DNA of 49,784 nucleotides from Candidatus Fraserbacteria bacterium. Its GTDB lineage: Bacteria; Bipolaricaulota; Bipolaricaulia; RBG-16-55-9. The notes beneath the pieces were generated by a model. The model searched no databases, was not told the origin of the DNA, and was given only the letters and a program-made list of their open reading frames with translations. Location: contig JBBIOR010000007.1 of NCBI GenBank assembly GCA_037443265.1, positions 1 to 49,784 of the forward strand. Reading direction: 5' to 3'. The position numbers and the translations under genes were made by a program. Below are positions 26,632 to 36,674 of the stretch, piece by piece. Each line of letters opens with the position of its first letter. The first letter of the stretch is position 1.

Positions 26632-26776
26632 CGTCGCCTCCTCTTTGGGATTTCCTACAACGCCGTGCCATTCTAAGCGCTTGGGCCTGTGAATTCAACG
26701 ACAAGGGCGGTGCCAGGCCATTTGCAATTCCCCTCGCCGGCTATTACCCTTTTAGCAGGGTATGGGAGGAGGCTAC

Positions 26777-28336
26777 GTGAGCGACGAGTGGGTGCTCATT
26801 CTCGATTTCGGCTCTCAATATACGAGACTCATCGCCAAGGCCATCCGTGAGCTTGGGGTCTACTCTGAAGTCGCCTCTCCCGCAATCACGGTGGAGGAAC
26901 TTAAGAGGCGTCGGCCCTCGGCCCTGGTGCTCTCCGGAGGGCCCAGGAGCGTCAATGAGCCTGACGCCCCGCAGCTCGATCCCAAGATCTATCAGCTGGG
27001 TATCCCCATCCTGGGCATCTGCTATGGCATGCAGCTACTCGCCCACCAACTGGGCGGCCGAGTGACTCGCTCCCAGGGCGAGTACGGCACAAGCACCATT
27101 CAAATCATTGAGAAAGACCCGCTGTTTGAGGGCCTCTCCCAGAAGGAGCGGGTCTGGATGAGTCACGGTGACGTGATCGAGCAGCTTCCCCGCCCTTTTA
27201 AAGTCCTGGCGTACTCGAATCACTCCCAGGCGAGGTTCATCGCGGCCGTCAAGAGCGAGGACTCTTCGATCTATGGACTCCAATTCCACCCTGAGGTCCA
27301 TCACACGCCCCAGGGGAAGATCATTTTGGAGAACTGGCTGCGAAAAATTCTAAATTTAAAATCCCACTGGCAGCCTCAAAATCTCATCGAAGAGAAGATC
27401 TCCCATTTGAAGAAAGAGCTGGCGGGTGCGCGCTGTCTCATCGCCGTCTCCGGTGGGGTGGACTCCACCACCGCTGCCGTGTTGGTCCATCGCGCCATTG
27501 GAGATCGGCTCATGCCCATCTTTGTGGACACGGGGCTTCTTAGAAGGGGCGAGCCCGAGCGCGTTCGAAAGACCTTCCATCAGCTGGGCCTCAAACTCCA
27601 CGTAGTAGACGCCCGCGCGAAGTTTTTCGAGCGCCTACGAGGAGTCGTAGATCCTGAGGAGAAGCGCAGGGTCATCGGCGAGACGTTCATTCGTGTCTTT
27701 GAGTCCCAGGCAAGATGCCTGGAGGAGGCGCACGGGAAGATCGACGTGCTCGTCCAGGGGACGATCTATTCTGACGTGATCGAGAGCGGCGGAGCCGGGA
27801 CGGCGGCCCATGCGGATCGAATCAAGAGCCATCACAACGTCGGAGGGCTCCCCACGACCCTGGGATTTGTGATCGTGGAGCCGTTGCGCGAGTTCTTCAA
27901 AGATGAGGTGCGCTGCGTAGCACAGGCCTTGGGGCTTTCGGAGGAGATCATCGAGGAGCCGCCGTTTCCGGGGCCGGGGCTGGCCGTGCGCATCTTGGGA
28001 GAAGTGACTCCTCAAAGAGTGGCGCTCCTCCAAGACGTGGATGCGATCTTGCGGGAGGAGATCGCGCGGGCCGGACTGGCGCGCGCGATCTGGCAATACT
28101 TTTCGGTGCTTTTGCCGGTGCGCAGCGTGGCCGTCCGCGGAGACGGGAGAGGCTACGGCTGGGTGGTGGCCCTGCGGGCCGTCCATTCCCGTGACGGCAT
28201 GACCGCCGACTGGTTCAAGCTCCCCTATGAGATCTTGGAGAAGATCTCCACCCGCATCACCAACGAGATCCCTGAGATCACCCGTGTGGTCTATGATATT
28301 ACCTCCAAGCCGCCCGGCACCATCGAGTGGGAATAA
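26777..28336 (+). CDS. guaA: GMP synthase (glutamine-hydrolysing)
   Basis: LDFGSQYT, GICYGMQ, QFHPEV, SGGVDS, KSHHNVGGLP, KPPGTIEWE; GTG at 26777 after GGAGGAGG. Confidence 0.97.
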   Translation: MSDEWVLILDFGSQYTRLIAKAIRELGVYSEVASPAITVEELKRRRPSALVLSGGPRSVNEPDAPQLDPKIYQLGIPILGICYGMQLLAHQLGGRVTRSQGEYGTSTIQIIEKDPLFEGLSQKERVWMSHGDVIEQLPRPFKVLAYSNHSQARFIAAVKSEDSSIYGLQFHPEVHHTPQGKIILENWLRKILNLKSHWQPQNLIEEKISHLKKELAGARCLIAVSGGVDSTTAAVLVHRAIGDRLMPIFVDTGLLRRGEPERVRKTFHQLGLKLHVVDARAKFFERLRGVVDPEEKRRVIGETFIRVFESQARCLEEAHGKIDVLVQGTIYSDVIESGGAGTAAHADRIKSHHNVGGLPTTLGFVIVEPLREFFKDEVRCVAQALGLSEEIIEEPPFPGPGLAVRILGEVTPQRVALLQDVDAILREEIARAGLARAIWQYFSVLLPVRSVAVRGDGRGYGWVVALRAVHSRDGMTADWFKLPYEILEKISTRITNEIPEITRVVYDITSKPPGTIEWE

Positions 28337-28349
28337 GAAAGGGGTCAGG

Positions 28350-29456
28350 ATGAGAGTCTGCCTCTATTTAGAAGCCGAAAAGGCCGTGGCCCGCTCCGGG
28401 TTCAAACGAGCCTTCGAGTCTCACAAGCGGGCCCTGGCCCTCTCCGGAGTGGACTTCACGACAGATCCCAATGATGAAAGCTACGATCTTTTGCACTTAC
28501 ATGCCTTCGGGCCCAAATCGCTCTTCTATCTCAACAAGGCCAAGCGCGAGGGACTGAAAGTCGTGGTCCACGCGCACAGCGTCGGAGCCCATGACTTCCG
28601 CGACAGCTACACGATGTCCAACCTCCTGGCCCCCCTCTATGAGAAATATCTGACGTTCTTCTACGAGCAGAGCGACGCTGTGTTTACCCCTTCGCAGTTC
28701 GCCCGCCGGCTCCTGCGCCAGATGGGGCTGGCCAAGCGCATTGAGGTCATCAGCAACGGCGTGGACAGAGAGCGCTTTAGGTTCTTGCCCGCCAAGCGCC
28801 GCCTCTATCGAGAGAGATATGGCCTCAAGCGCTTTACCATCTTCTCCGCAGGGAACATCATCCCCCGCAAGGGCATCATCGATTTCATTCGAGTGGCCGA
28901 GAGGCTGCCCCAGTTTGATTTCATCTGGTACGGCCACCGCTTTTCCAAAGCCCTGGTCTTCCACCCCCAGATGGAGAAATATCTAAAAGAGCGGCCCTTC
29001 AACGTGATCCTGCCCGGCTTTGTGGCCGACACGCCGGGGGCCTTCTCCGCCGGGGATGTGCTCTTCTTCCCCTCACATACGGAGACGCAGGGCATGGTGA
29101 TTTTAGAGGCGGCCTCGCTGGGGCGCCCCTTGGTCTTGCGGGATCTGCCGGAGTACGAAGACTGGCTCAAAAGCGGCGTCCATTGCCTTAAGGGACGAAC
29201 GGAGAGCGAGTTCGTCGAGTACTTGAGAGCTCTGGCAGAAGATCCCCAACTGTATCAAAGGCTCTCGGAGGGAGCGTTGCAGCTGGCCGCGCAGCACAGC
29301 TTGGAAGTCGTCGGCCGGCGGCTCAAGCAGCTCTACTCCTCCGTGTGGGAGCAACCTTCCATACCCTCTTGGGGCTGGCAGGGAGATCTTCTGGAGAACC
29401 CCATTCCGCCGTTTCCTGCCCTCTACGATGATCTCCGTCGTCATTCCCGTCTATAA
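28350..29456 (+). CDS. Glycosyltransferase family 4 (possibly glycolipid synthesis)
   Basis: ISNGVD, RKG, FFPSHTETQGMVILEA (E-x7-E); ATG at 28350. Confidence 0.88.
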   Translation: MRVCLYLEAEKAVARSGFKRAFESHKRALALSGVDFTTDPNDESYDLLHLHAFGPKSLFYLNKAKREGLKVVVHAHSVGAHDFRDSYTMSNLLAPLYEKYLTFFYEQSDAVFTPSQFARRLLRQMGLAKRIEVISNGVDRERFRFLPAKRRLYRERYGLKRFTIFSAGNIIPRKGIIDFIRVAERLPQFDFIWYGHRFSKALVFHPQMEKYLKERPFNVILPGFVADTPGAFSAGDVLFFPSHTETQGMVILEAASLGRPLVLRDLPEYEDWLKSGVHCLKGRTESEFVEYLRALAEDPQLYQRLSEGALQLAAQHSLEVVGRRLKQLYSSVWEQPSIPSWGWQGDLLENPIPPFPALYDDLRRHSRL

Positions 29457-30165
29457 TGAGGAGAGCGCGATCGAAGGTTGCCTGCGCGCGTTCGTGCATC
29501 AAAGCTACCGTGGGCCTTTTGAATTGATTGTGGTGGACAACGGGTCCACGGACGGCTCTGTGGCTCGGGTGCGCTCCTTTGCCCAGGCACATCCAAAGCT
29601 GAACATGAGCGTGCTTGAGTGCGCCCAACGAGGAGTGGCGGCCGCTTCTCAGAGGGGGTTTGAAGCCGCACAGTTCTCGCTTATTGCGCGCACGGACGCG
29701 GACACGATCGCCGATAGCGGGTGGCTTGAGGCCATCGTGCATGGCTTTGCCGATCCTAAAGTAGCGGCCCTCTGTGGCCACGTCGGGTTTCTCGATCCCC
29801 CGCCCCTTATGCGCTGGCTGGAATCGCTCATCGAGGTCCATCAGCGACTCCATATTCTCATCAAGAAACCGCATTTTTGGGGATTCAACTTCGCCGTGCG
29901 CAAAGAGATCTTTAAAAGAGCCGGAGGCTTCAATACGCGTCTGCGTCTGGCGGAGGATCTGGATCTGGCGCTGCGCATTCAACAGGCGCTCCAACCCGGA
30001 GAGCGCATTCTCTATATGTCTAAGATGCGGGTCTATTCTTCCAGTCGTCGCTATGGCTTGAATCGCGCGTGGCTACGCTATACCATCGAGGGCTACCGGG
30101 CCTACTTCCAACGGGCCTGGTTGGGGCGCATCCCTCCCTGGATGTGCTCCCAGGATCTCTCGTAG
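29428..30165 (+). CDS. Glycosyltransferase family 2
   Basis: ISVVIPVYNEE, VVDNGSTDGS, DAD, AEDLDL. Confidence 0.92.
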   Translation: MISVVIPVYNEESAIEGCLRAFVHQSYRGPFELIVVDNGSTDGSVARVRSFAQAHPKLNMSVLECAQRGVAAASQRGFEAAQFSLIARTDADTIADSGWLEAIVHGFADPKVAALCGHVGFLDPPPLMRWLESLIEVHQRLHILIKKPHFWGFNFAVRKEIFKRAGGFNTRLRLAEDLDLALRIQQALQPGERILYMSKMRVYSSSRRYGLNRAWLRYTIEGYRAYFQRAWLGRIPPWMCSQDLS

Positions 30166-30188
30166 AGGGGAATGTCTCAGCTTGAGTC

Positions 30189-31859
30189 ATGTCTGATGAG
30201 GCAAGGAGGTCTTCCGTTGTGCATAGAAGACTGGCTATTATCGCGTTGGATGGGGCCTCGCCGGATCTGGTGGAGCGCTGGACGCGCGAGGGGCATCTGC
30301 CCCATTTGGCACAGCTTAGAGAGCAGGGGGCCTTTGGGCCGCTCTTGAGCGTGATCCCGCCGGTGACGGGTGCGGCTTGGGGTTCGTTCTTGACGGGTGT
30401 GCTCCCCGGCCGGCACGGGGTCTTTGAGTGGATGGGTCGTGGAGAGGGGACGTATCAATTGGGCTTGATCGATGCTCTGGCGCTCCCTCGTCCCACGCTC
30501 TTCGAATGGCTCTCCCGTCATGGGGTGCGCGTCGGGGTGGTGGGAGTGCCTCTTACGTACCCCGTGCGACCCCTGCGCGGGTTTGTCCTAAGCGATCTGC
30601 TTACGCCTCCCGGCCAGAACTATGCTTTTCCGCCTAAGCTCAAGGACGAGCTCGAGCTCTTTCTGGGGAGGCCGTATCCGGTGGCCCCTCCGCCCTGGCC
30701 GGGCCGGTCGCGGGCCGAGCCGTGGCTTAAGGCCCTCAAAGACTCCTTGGAGACTCGAGCCGAAGCCGCGGAATATCTGGCCACCCGATACCCTTGGGAT
30801 CTCTTCATGGTGCATGTGATGGAGACAGATTCAGTCCAGCACCAGATGTGGCACCTGCTGGATGGAGTGGAACGGCCTCGGTATCGGGTGAGGCTGAAGG
30901 GCAATCCCATCTTAGAGATCTACCAGCTGGCTGATGAACTCGTGGGACGACTGCTGGAAGGCTTCGAGGAGGAGGTGATCGTGTGGGTCATCTCTGATCA
31001 CGGATTCGGGCCTCTTTATTACAATCTGCACGTGAACAGCTGGCTTCTGCGCCAGGGGTTCCTCAAGCTCAGAAGGAATCTGCCCACCTGGGTAAAGAGG
31101 GTGGCGTTTGAGGCCGGGATTGTGCCTGAAAATCTCTATCCGTGGGAGGAGCGCTTGAGGCTTCTGGGGCGGGCGCGCCGCGAGCAGGCCTATCGCTGGC
31201 TCAGCCGATTTGCCCTCTCGATGAGCAACATCGACTGGAGTCGGACGTATGCGTACTCCTACGGCAACATCGGGCAGATCTATCTCAATCGCCGGGGGCG
31301 CGAGCCCCAAGGGATCGTCACGGAGGCCGAAGCCGAGAAGATCCTCCACGAGCTGGAGCAGGCCCTCTTAGAGTGGCGGAACCCTCGCAACCACGAGTGC
31401 GTGGTCCGGCACGTCTATCGCCGGGAGGAGATCTATTCCCCCAGGGCTCTTAAGAGCGCGCCGGAGCTGATCTTCCTCCCACAAGAAGGCTACTCTCCCA
31501 TGGGGCTCTCGGAGTTTTTGTCCAACCAGACGATCTCACACCCGGTGGCCCATTCCGGCTGGCATCGCCTAGAGGGTCTCTTCGTGGGAGCCGGAGAGCC
31601 GCTGCGCCCAGGTCCCAAAAGACACCTGCGCCTGTTGGATCTTCCTCCGACGATCTGCCGGCTTTTGGGCGTGCCCATCCTTCCAGACCCCGATGGCCGC
31701 GTTGCCGAAGAACTTCTCGAAGAAGAGCCTCCAGCGTGGGGGGAGGCATCCAAACTAACCTCAAGAGATGCGGAGGAGGAGGCGATGGTTCAGTGCTCCC
31801 CCACCCCGGCGGAGGAAGAACTCATCCGAGAGCGGCTCAAGGGACTGGGGTATCTCTGA
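30189..31859 (+). CDS. Alkaline phosphatase superfamily (type I phosphodiesterase/nucleotide pyrophosphatase-like) protein
   Basis: IALDGA, PPVT..AW.SF.TG..PG.HG, ISDHGFG, C-terminal RLKGLGYL. Confidence 0.85.
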   Translation: MSDEARRSSVVHRRLAIIALDGASPDLVERWTREGHLPHLAQLREQGAFGPLLSVIPPVTGAAWGSFLTGVLPGRHGVFEWMGRGEGTYQLGLIDALALPRPTLFEWLSRHGVRVGVVGVPLTYPVRPLRGFVLSDLLTPPGQNYAFPPKLKDELELFLGRPYPVAPPPWPGRSRAEPWLKALKDSLETRAEAAEYLATRYPWDLFMVHVMETDSVQHQMWHLLDGVERPRYRVRLKGNPILEIYQLADELVGRLLEGFEEEVIVWVISDHGFGPLYYNLHVNSWLLRQGFLKLRRNLPTWVKRVAFEAGIVPENLYPWEERLRLLGRARREQAYRWLSRFALSMSNIDWSRTYAYSYGNIGQIYLNRRGREPQGIVTEAEAEKILHELEQALLEWRNPRNHECVVRHVYRREEIYSPRALKSAPELIFLPQEGYSPMGLSEFLSNQTISHPVAHSGWHRLEGLFVGAGEPLRPGPKRHLRLLDLPPTICRLLGVPILPDPDGRVAEELLEEEPPAWGEASKLTSRDAEEEAMVQCSPTPAEEELIRERLKGLGYL

Positions 31860-32629
31860 GCGACGAGCCGCCCGAGGCCGCCTCCTAGGCCCGCCAGGAT
31901 CAGACCGAGTAGAAACCCACGAATCCCAAGGTGCGCCAGCGCCTCTGGGCTGATGAGCGCAGCATCCATCCATATCTGAGCCCCGTACAAGATGAGCTCC
32001 ACGAGGAGCGCTCCCGCCAGGCCGTAGAGGGCTCCTAAGAGGACAAAGGGGAATTGCATCGTCCGCGGGGAAGCTCCGGAGAGCACCAAAAGCTCAAGCT
32101 CTCCCACAAAGCCCTGCCGAGCCTTTGCCAGAGCGGCATATATCACCAGCAGGGTCGAGCCCAACAGGGCGGCCAAGGCGGCCAGCACCAGCCATCGTAG
32201 CTTTGGGGCCAAGAGCGCAGCTCTCAGCTCTTCTATTATGGAGTCGGAAGCGGGGGAGGAGATCTCTTGGAATGCGCCCCAACTCCTCAAGCGTGCCATG
32301 ACGCCATCGAGATTGGCCTCCGCCTTCACGGAGATCTCAAAATGGCCTGAGGAGCGGATGCTGGCAGGCGCCAACACGTATCGGGATCGGAGGACCTCTG
32401 GCTCTGCGAGCAGTCGCCTATGGAGCTCGTTGATCTCTTCTTCTGAAATGTTGGCGCGGAGCATGGCGATCAGACGGATCTCTCCGCTCCGCGGCTGGAT
32501 CAGAAGCGAGGCCAAAGCCAAGACCCCGGAGAGGAGGGCTACCAATCCCACAGCCGCCAGGGACAGCAGCCACGCCTTGGCGTTCAGCGAGCGCACAAGC
32601 TCCTTGCTTACAAACAGCTCGCTGCTCAT
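31790..32629 (-). CDS. ftsX: FtsX-like permease
   Basis: TM helix, extracytoplasmic loop, then ELELLVLSGAS..MQFPFVL.G; directly downstream of the ftsE-like gene. Confidence 0.7.
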   Translation of the reverse strand: MSSELFVSKELVRSLNAKAWLLSLAAVGLVALLSGVLALASLLIQPRSGEIRLIAMLRANISEEEINELHRRLLAEPEVLRSRYVLAPASIRSSGHFEISVKAEANLDGVMARLRSWGAFQEISSPASDSIIEELRAALLAPKLRWLVLAALAALLGSTLLVIYAALAKARQGFVGELELLVLSGASPRTMQFPFVLLGALYGLAGALLVELILYGAQIWMDAALISPEALAHLGIRGFLLGLILAGLGGGLGRLVAQRYPSPLSRSRMSSSSAGVGEH

Positions 32630-33342
32630 CAGGGCGCCTCGCCTCCGATCTTGCGATCCGCAGGCTGGGGGGAGTGGAGCGCCCGAATCTGCTTATTCTC
32701 CAAGACGTAGAGATTCACCGGAAGATGCTCGGCCCAGCCTGCCCCGCGGGCCGTCATCAAGAGGCTCACGCGTCTGTGCCGATGCACCCTCTCCAACACG
32801 TTCAAAAAGCGCTCCCCTCTGCCTGGGGGAAGATCTCTCAAAGGGTCATCCAAAAGCAGCAATACGGGATCATGACTGATGGCTAGTGCTAATTGAAAGA
32901 GCCTATACTCAGCGGGATCCAGCTCTTGGGGATGGAGCTGGAGGCGATCCTCCAGAGAGACGAGTTCCAGCGCCTCGAGGGCCTTTAGCCGCGCCTCTTC
33001 CTTGGGGTACTCCAGGCTGCGCAGCTTGAAGATCACATACTCTTCCAGGGTCCGATGGCCTAGGGGACTGGCGCACTCGGGCAGAATGCCCATCCGTCGG
33101 CGCAGCTGTCTGAGCTTCTCCGGACTGAGGCGCAACACGTTTCGATCGTCGACGAGGATCTGGCCGTGCTCGGGCCGCGTCATTCCACAGATGAGAGCAA
33201 GCAGCAGGGTCTTGCCACTCCTCGAGGGGCCGATGAGGCCAGCCCACTCCCCCCGATGGAGTCGAAAATGCACGTCATCAAAAAGCTTCTGGCCTTCGGG
33301 ATCGCGGACGGCTAGCTCCGAGATCTGGACGATGACGGGCAT
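32629..33342 (-). CDS. ftsE: FtsE-like ABC ATP-binding protein with degenerate motifs
   Basis: Walker A GPSRSGKT, LRRRMG, Walker B LLLLDDP; ABC signature not conserved. Confidence 0.7.
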   Translation of the reverse strand: MPVIVQISELAVRDPEGQKLFDDVHFRLHRGEWAGLIGPSRSGKTLLLALICGMTRPEHGQILVDDRNVLRLSPEKLRQLRRRMGILPECASPLGHRTLEEYVIFKLRSLEYPKEEARLKALEALELVSLEDRLQLHPQELDPAEYRLFQLALAISHDPVLLLLDDPLRDLPPGRGERFLNVLERVHRHRRVSLLMTARGAGWAEHLPVNLYVLENKQIRALHSPQPADRKIGGEAP

Positions 33343-34265
33343 TAGGCTTCGCTCCTGCGGATCGCTTGAACGATTCGCTCTCGTCCGGCGAGATCTCTTC
33401 GGATCTCAAGGTGAGAGAAAGCGGCTGTCTGTTTAAGCAGCGCGCGCACGTCCTCTGCCTGGTGAGCCCCGATCTCCAGATAGAGCCTTCCTCCGGGCCG
33501 CAGGAAGCGCGGCGCCTCACACGCAATGCGCTCCATCGCCCGTAGGCCCCCAGGGCCTCCATCTAGCGCTTGCCGAGGCTCGTGTTCTCGAACTTCCTCG
33601 GGCAACCTCTCCCACTCTTCCGAGGGGATGTAGGGGGGATTCGAGACGATCAGATCAAACTCTCCGTGGACGGCAGAGAACCAGTCGCAGCAGAGGAAGA
33701 AGACGCGTCCGGCCACGCCGTTGCTTTGGGCGTTCTCGCGGGCCAGCTTCAACGCCTCTTTTGAGATGTCCACGGCAAGCACGCAAGCCTGAGGCCACTC
33801 CTTGGCTAAAGCGACGGCGATCGCCCCGGAGCCCGTGCCCAGATCCAGCACAGAAAGCCTTTGCGCTGGGGCCGACGGGCCAAAATCGTGCAGGATGTGC
33901 TCGACCAGCTCTTCCGTCTCGACCCGTGGGATGAGCACGGAGCGATTCACTTTGAGAGTCGTGTTCATGAACTGGGCCGTACCCAACAGATGCGTCAGGG
34001 GGGTTCCAGCTCTTCTCTGGCGCACCAGCTCCCGATAGCGCGCCCGCTCTTTTAAGCTCAGCACCCGCTCAGGGTTGAGATAAATCTCGAGGCGTTCGAC
34101 CCGAAGGGCATGGGCCAGCAGGCTCTCGGCCTCAAAGCGGGCGGCCTCCACCCCGCCCCGTCGTAGGTACCCCGTCGTCCACTCTAAAACACGCCGGATC
34201 GTCCACTGGGAAGATCCCCTGGCAGCGGGCGGCCCCCAGCTTCCCTTTGAGCGTGCTCTCACCAC
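33342..34265 (-). CDS. prmC: Release factor glutamine methyltransferase
   Basis: VLIPRVETEELVE, LDLGTGSGAIA, SNPPY, EPRQALDGG. Confidence 0.96.
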   Translation of the reverse strand: MVRARSKGSWGPPAARGSSQWTIRRVLEWTTGYLRRGGVEAARFEAESLLAHALRVERLEIYLNPERVLSLKERARYRELVRQRRAGTPLTHLLGTAQFMNTTLKVNRSVLIPRVETEELVEHILHDFGPSAPAQRLSVLDLGTGSGAIAVALAKEWPQACVLAVDISKEALKLARENAQSNGVAGRVFFLCCDWFSAVHGEFDLIVSNPPYIPSEEWERLPEEVREHEPRQALDGGPGGLRAMERIACEAPRFLRPGGRLYLEIGAHQAEDVRALLKQTAAFSHLEIRRDLAGRERIVQAIRRSEA

Positions 34266-34354
34266 CTCAAACCTCCCTCGGTTAAGTTAGCAGAGTCGTT
34301 GTCGCGGCGTCAAGAGACCGCTAAAATACACTTTCGAAGAGAGGAAGAGAGCCT

Positions 34355-35413
34355 GTGTGGAACGTCCTTTGGAAAGCGACCTTCTATCTGGGCTTGATCG
34401 GCCTGGGAGCCCTGGTGACAGCCGGGCAGAGCCCTGTGAGCCTGCGCGTAGATGGTCAGATCGTTCAGCTCTTATGGCTCAATCTGCTGGTGGGGGCCTT
34501 AGGGGGAGCCCTGGTCGCCGGGTTCATGCATGCCGTCTCCGCGGCCGTCTTGAAGCGAGTGGCGGCGGGCGAAGGCGTGGCGCTGCTCAACGGCGGGCTG
34601 GTCGGACTGGTCGGCGCCCTCTTTGGACTGCTCGGCTATGGCATTCTTGAGCTGCTCTTTGCTCCCAGCCTCTGGCTCCAGCTGGCCGAAGCCGGCCTCC
34701 TCTTCTTCCTGACGTTTCTGGGCTTTCGGATCGGCTACAGCAAAGAGAATTTATTTTTGGCGCTGGTGAGCGGGGAGAAGCTCGCCGTGAAGCGCGCGTG
34801 CCCCAAGCTGATCGACACCAGCGCCATCATCGACGGGCGCATCGGAGATCTGGTCAAGACGGGGTTCATCGAAGGCGTGATCCTCTTGCCGCAGTTTGTG
34901 CTCGATGAGCTGCACAGCATTGCCGACTCAGCCGACAGCCTCAGGCGCCGCAAGGGCCGCCGCGGCCTGGATATTCTAGGAGAGCTGCGCCGTCACCCCG
35001 ATGTGCGGGTCGAGATCCTCGATCGCGATTACCCTGAGATCCACGGCGTCGATCGCAAGCTCATCCAACTCGCCAAGGAGCTGGAGGCGAAGATCATCAC
35101 CACGGACTTCAACCTCAACAAGGTGGCCAAAGTCGAGGGCATCCAAGTTTTGAATATCAACGAGCTGGCCAACGCAATCAAACCGCGCTTCATCCCCGGC
35201 GAGGAGCTGGAGGTGGAAGTGATCGATCGCGGGGAGGAGATCGGGCAGGGCGTGGGCTACCTCGACGACGGCACGATGGTCGTGGTGGAGAACGGGCGCC
35301 GCTTCATCGGCAAGAAGATTCGGGCGGTGGTCTCCAGCTCGCTCCAGACGGAAGCCGGCAAGATGCTCTTCGTGCGCCCTAAGGTCGAAGTCGACGGCCG
35401 GATGGAAGAGTGA
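34355..35413 (+). CDS. Membrane PIN/TRAM-domain protein (YacL-like)
   Basis: N-terminal TM helices, DTSAIIDGRI, RGLDIL, TTDFNLNKVA, GVGYLDDGTMVVVE; upstream of ispD as in Firmicutes. Confidence 0.92.
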   Translation: MWNVLWKATFYLGLIGLGALVTAGQSPVSLRVDGQIVQLLWLNLLVGALGGALVAGFMHAVSAAVLKRVAAGEGVALLNGGLVGLVGALFGLLGYGILELLFAPSLWLQLAEAGLLFFLTFLGFRIGYSKENLFLALVSGEKLAVKRACPKLIDTSAIIDGRIGDLVKTGFIEGVILLPQFVLDELHSIADSADSLRRRKGRRGLDILGELRRHPDVRVEILDRDYPEIHGVDRKLIQLAKELEAKIITTDFNLNKVAKVEGIQVLNINELANAIKPRFIPGEELEVEVIDRGEEIGQGVGYLDDGTMVVVENGRRFIGKKIRAVVSSSLQTEAGKMLFVRPKVEVDGRMEE

Positions 35414-35555
35414 GCTCCTCCCCGGCCAAGTGTCCTCTCGCGAGGGGGCGGAAGTGGTCCGCTCAGCGTTCCTAGCTCACCGTCGGGCGAAGGAGTGGGC
35501 GTTATCCTGTGTGACGGGGGCTGTGCAGAGTAGGCCCCCAGCAGGAGGAGAGAGC

Positions 35556-35651
35556 ATGGCGCTGAGCAGAGGTTGGTTCCCCATGATCGTCGGCCTGGAG
35601 GTGCTCCTGTTCCTGGTGGGCTTTCTGGCGTTCCTTCTCTTTTCGCCGTGA
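35556..35651 (+). CDS. Small single-TM protein, 31 aa
   Basis: MALSRGWFPMIVGLEVLLFLVGFLAFLLFSP preceded by a strong AGGAGGAG SD. Confidence 0.55.
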   Translation: MALSRGWFPMIVGLEVLLFLVGFLAFLLFSP

Positions 35652-35689
35652 GCTTGTCCTAGGAGGCCCGGCCGCGATACAACTGGCAT

Positions 35690-36391
35690 ATGAGCCGGAG
35701 GAGGGTAGGGGTCGTCGTGCTGGCGGCCGGCAGAGGAAAGCGCATGGGGGCGTCCCTCCCCAAGCCGTATCTGCTGCTGCAAAAGAAGCCCATTCTCTGG
35801 TATTCTCTCGAAAAATTTTCGAAGAGCCCGCTCGTTGAGGAGATCGTAGTTGTGATCCATCCTGAAGATCGCTCGCTTCTTGAGTCGTGCGTTTTGGAGG
35901 CGTACGCCTTCGAGAAGGAGATCCGGGTGGGGCTGGGGGGGAAGCACCGTCAGGACTCCTCGCGGGCCGGAGTGCGAGAGATTCATTCTCATTGGGTGGC
36001 GGTGCATGATGGAGTTCGCCCGTTCTTCTCGCTCAAGCTGCTGGAGGCTGTCTTTGAGGCGGCCCTCTCTCATCGGGCGGCCATCCCGGCCATTGCCGTT
36101 GGGGAGACTGTCAAATCCGCGGATGCTGAGGGTTTCGCTGCAGCAGACCTCAATAGAGAGAGGCTCTATCTGGCCCAGACGCCGCAGTGCTTCGAGCGCT
36201 CATTGCTCGAACGCTCGCTCGAGGCAGCCCACAAACAGAAGCGTTATTTCACGGACGAAGCGGGAGTGGTCTGCGCGATGAGCGGGGTGCGGGCCAAGAT
36301 CGTGCCGGGCGAAGCGCAGAACATAAAAATTACCACGCCTTGGGATCTTAAGCTGGCAGAGGCGTTACTGCAAGCGGGCTTGGTGGGTTGA
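35690..36391 (+). CDS. ispD: 2-C-methyl-D-erythritol 4-phosphate cytidylyltransferase
   Basis: AAGRGKRMG, RQDS, VHDGVRP, AQTPQ, NIKITTPWDL. Confidence 0.95.
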   Translation: MSRRRVGVVVLAAGRGKRMGASLPKPYLLLQKKPILWYSLEKFSKSPLVEEIVVVIHPEDRSLLESCVLEAYAFEKEIRVGLGGKHRQDSSRAGVREIHSHWVAVHDGVRPFFSLKLLEAVFEAALSHRAAIPAIAVGETVKSADAEGFAAADLNRERLYLAQTPQCFERSLLERSLEAAHKQKRYFTDEAGVVCAMSGVRAKIVPGEAQNIKITTPWDLKLAEALLQAGLVG

Positions 36392-36408
36392 GTTAATGTT
36401 GCGCCTTA

Positions 36409-36622
36409 TTAATTGGGGGAACTACCGGCTGATGATGATTTTGCGGGCTTAAAACGCCAAAGGAGCAGAAGGCCCATGGCAGCCAGGTACACAACCACCG
36501 TCATTGAATCCCAAGATGCGTACTCCACTTGCGCTTTCAGTAGGTAGGGTGAAGAGGATAAGCATGATTGCGGCTCCTAACAAGAACCCACTAGCGAATG
36601 CTAGAACGGTTCGGCCGTCCAA
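36409..36622 (-). pseudogene. Small two-TM membrane protein, apparently frameshifted
   Basis: TTG start after GGAGG gives MDGRTVLAFASGFLLGAAIMLILFTLP..; a second TM stretch (TVVVYLAAMGLLLLWRFK) continues in the +1 frame. Confidence 0.4.
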
Positions 36623-36674
36623 TCTTTACATCACTTCCTCCACTCCTGAGACAGCTTCCAAATGATGTATTGAT

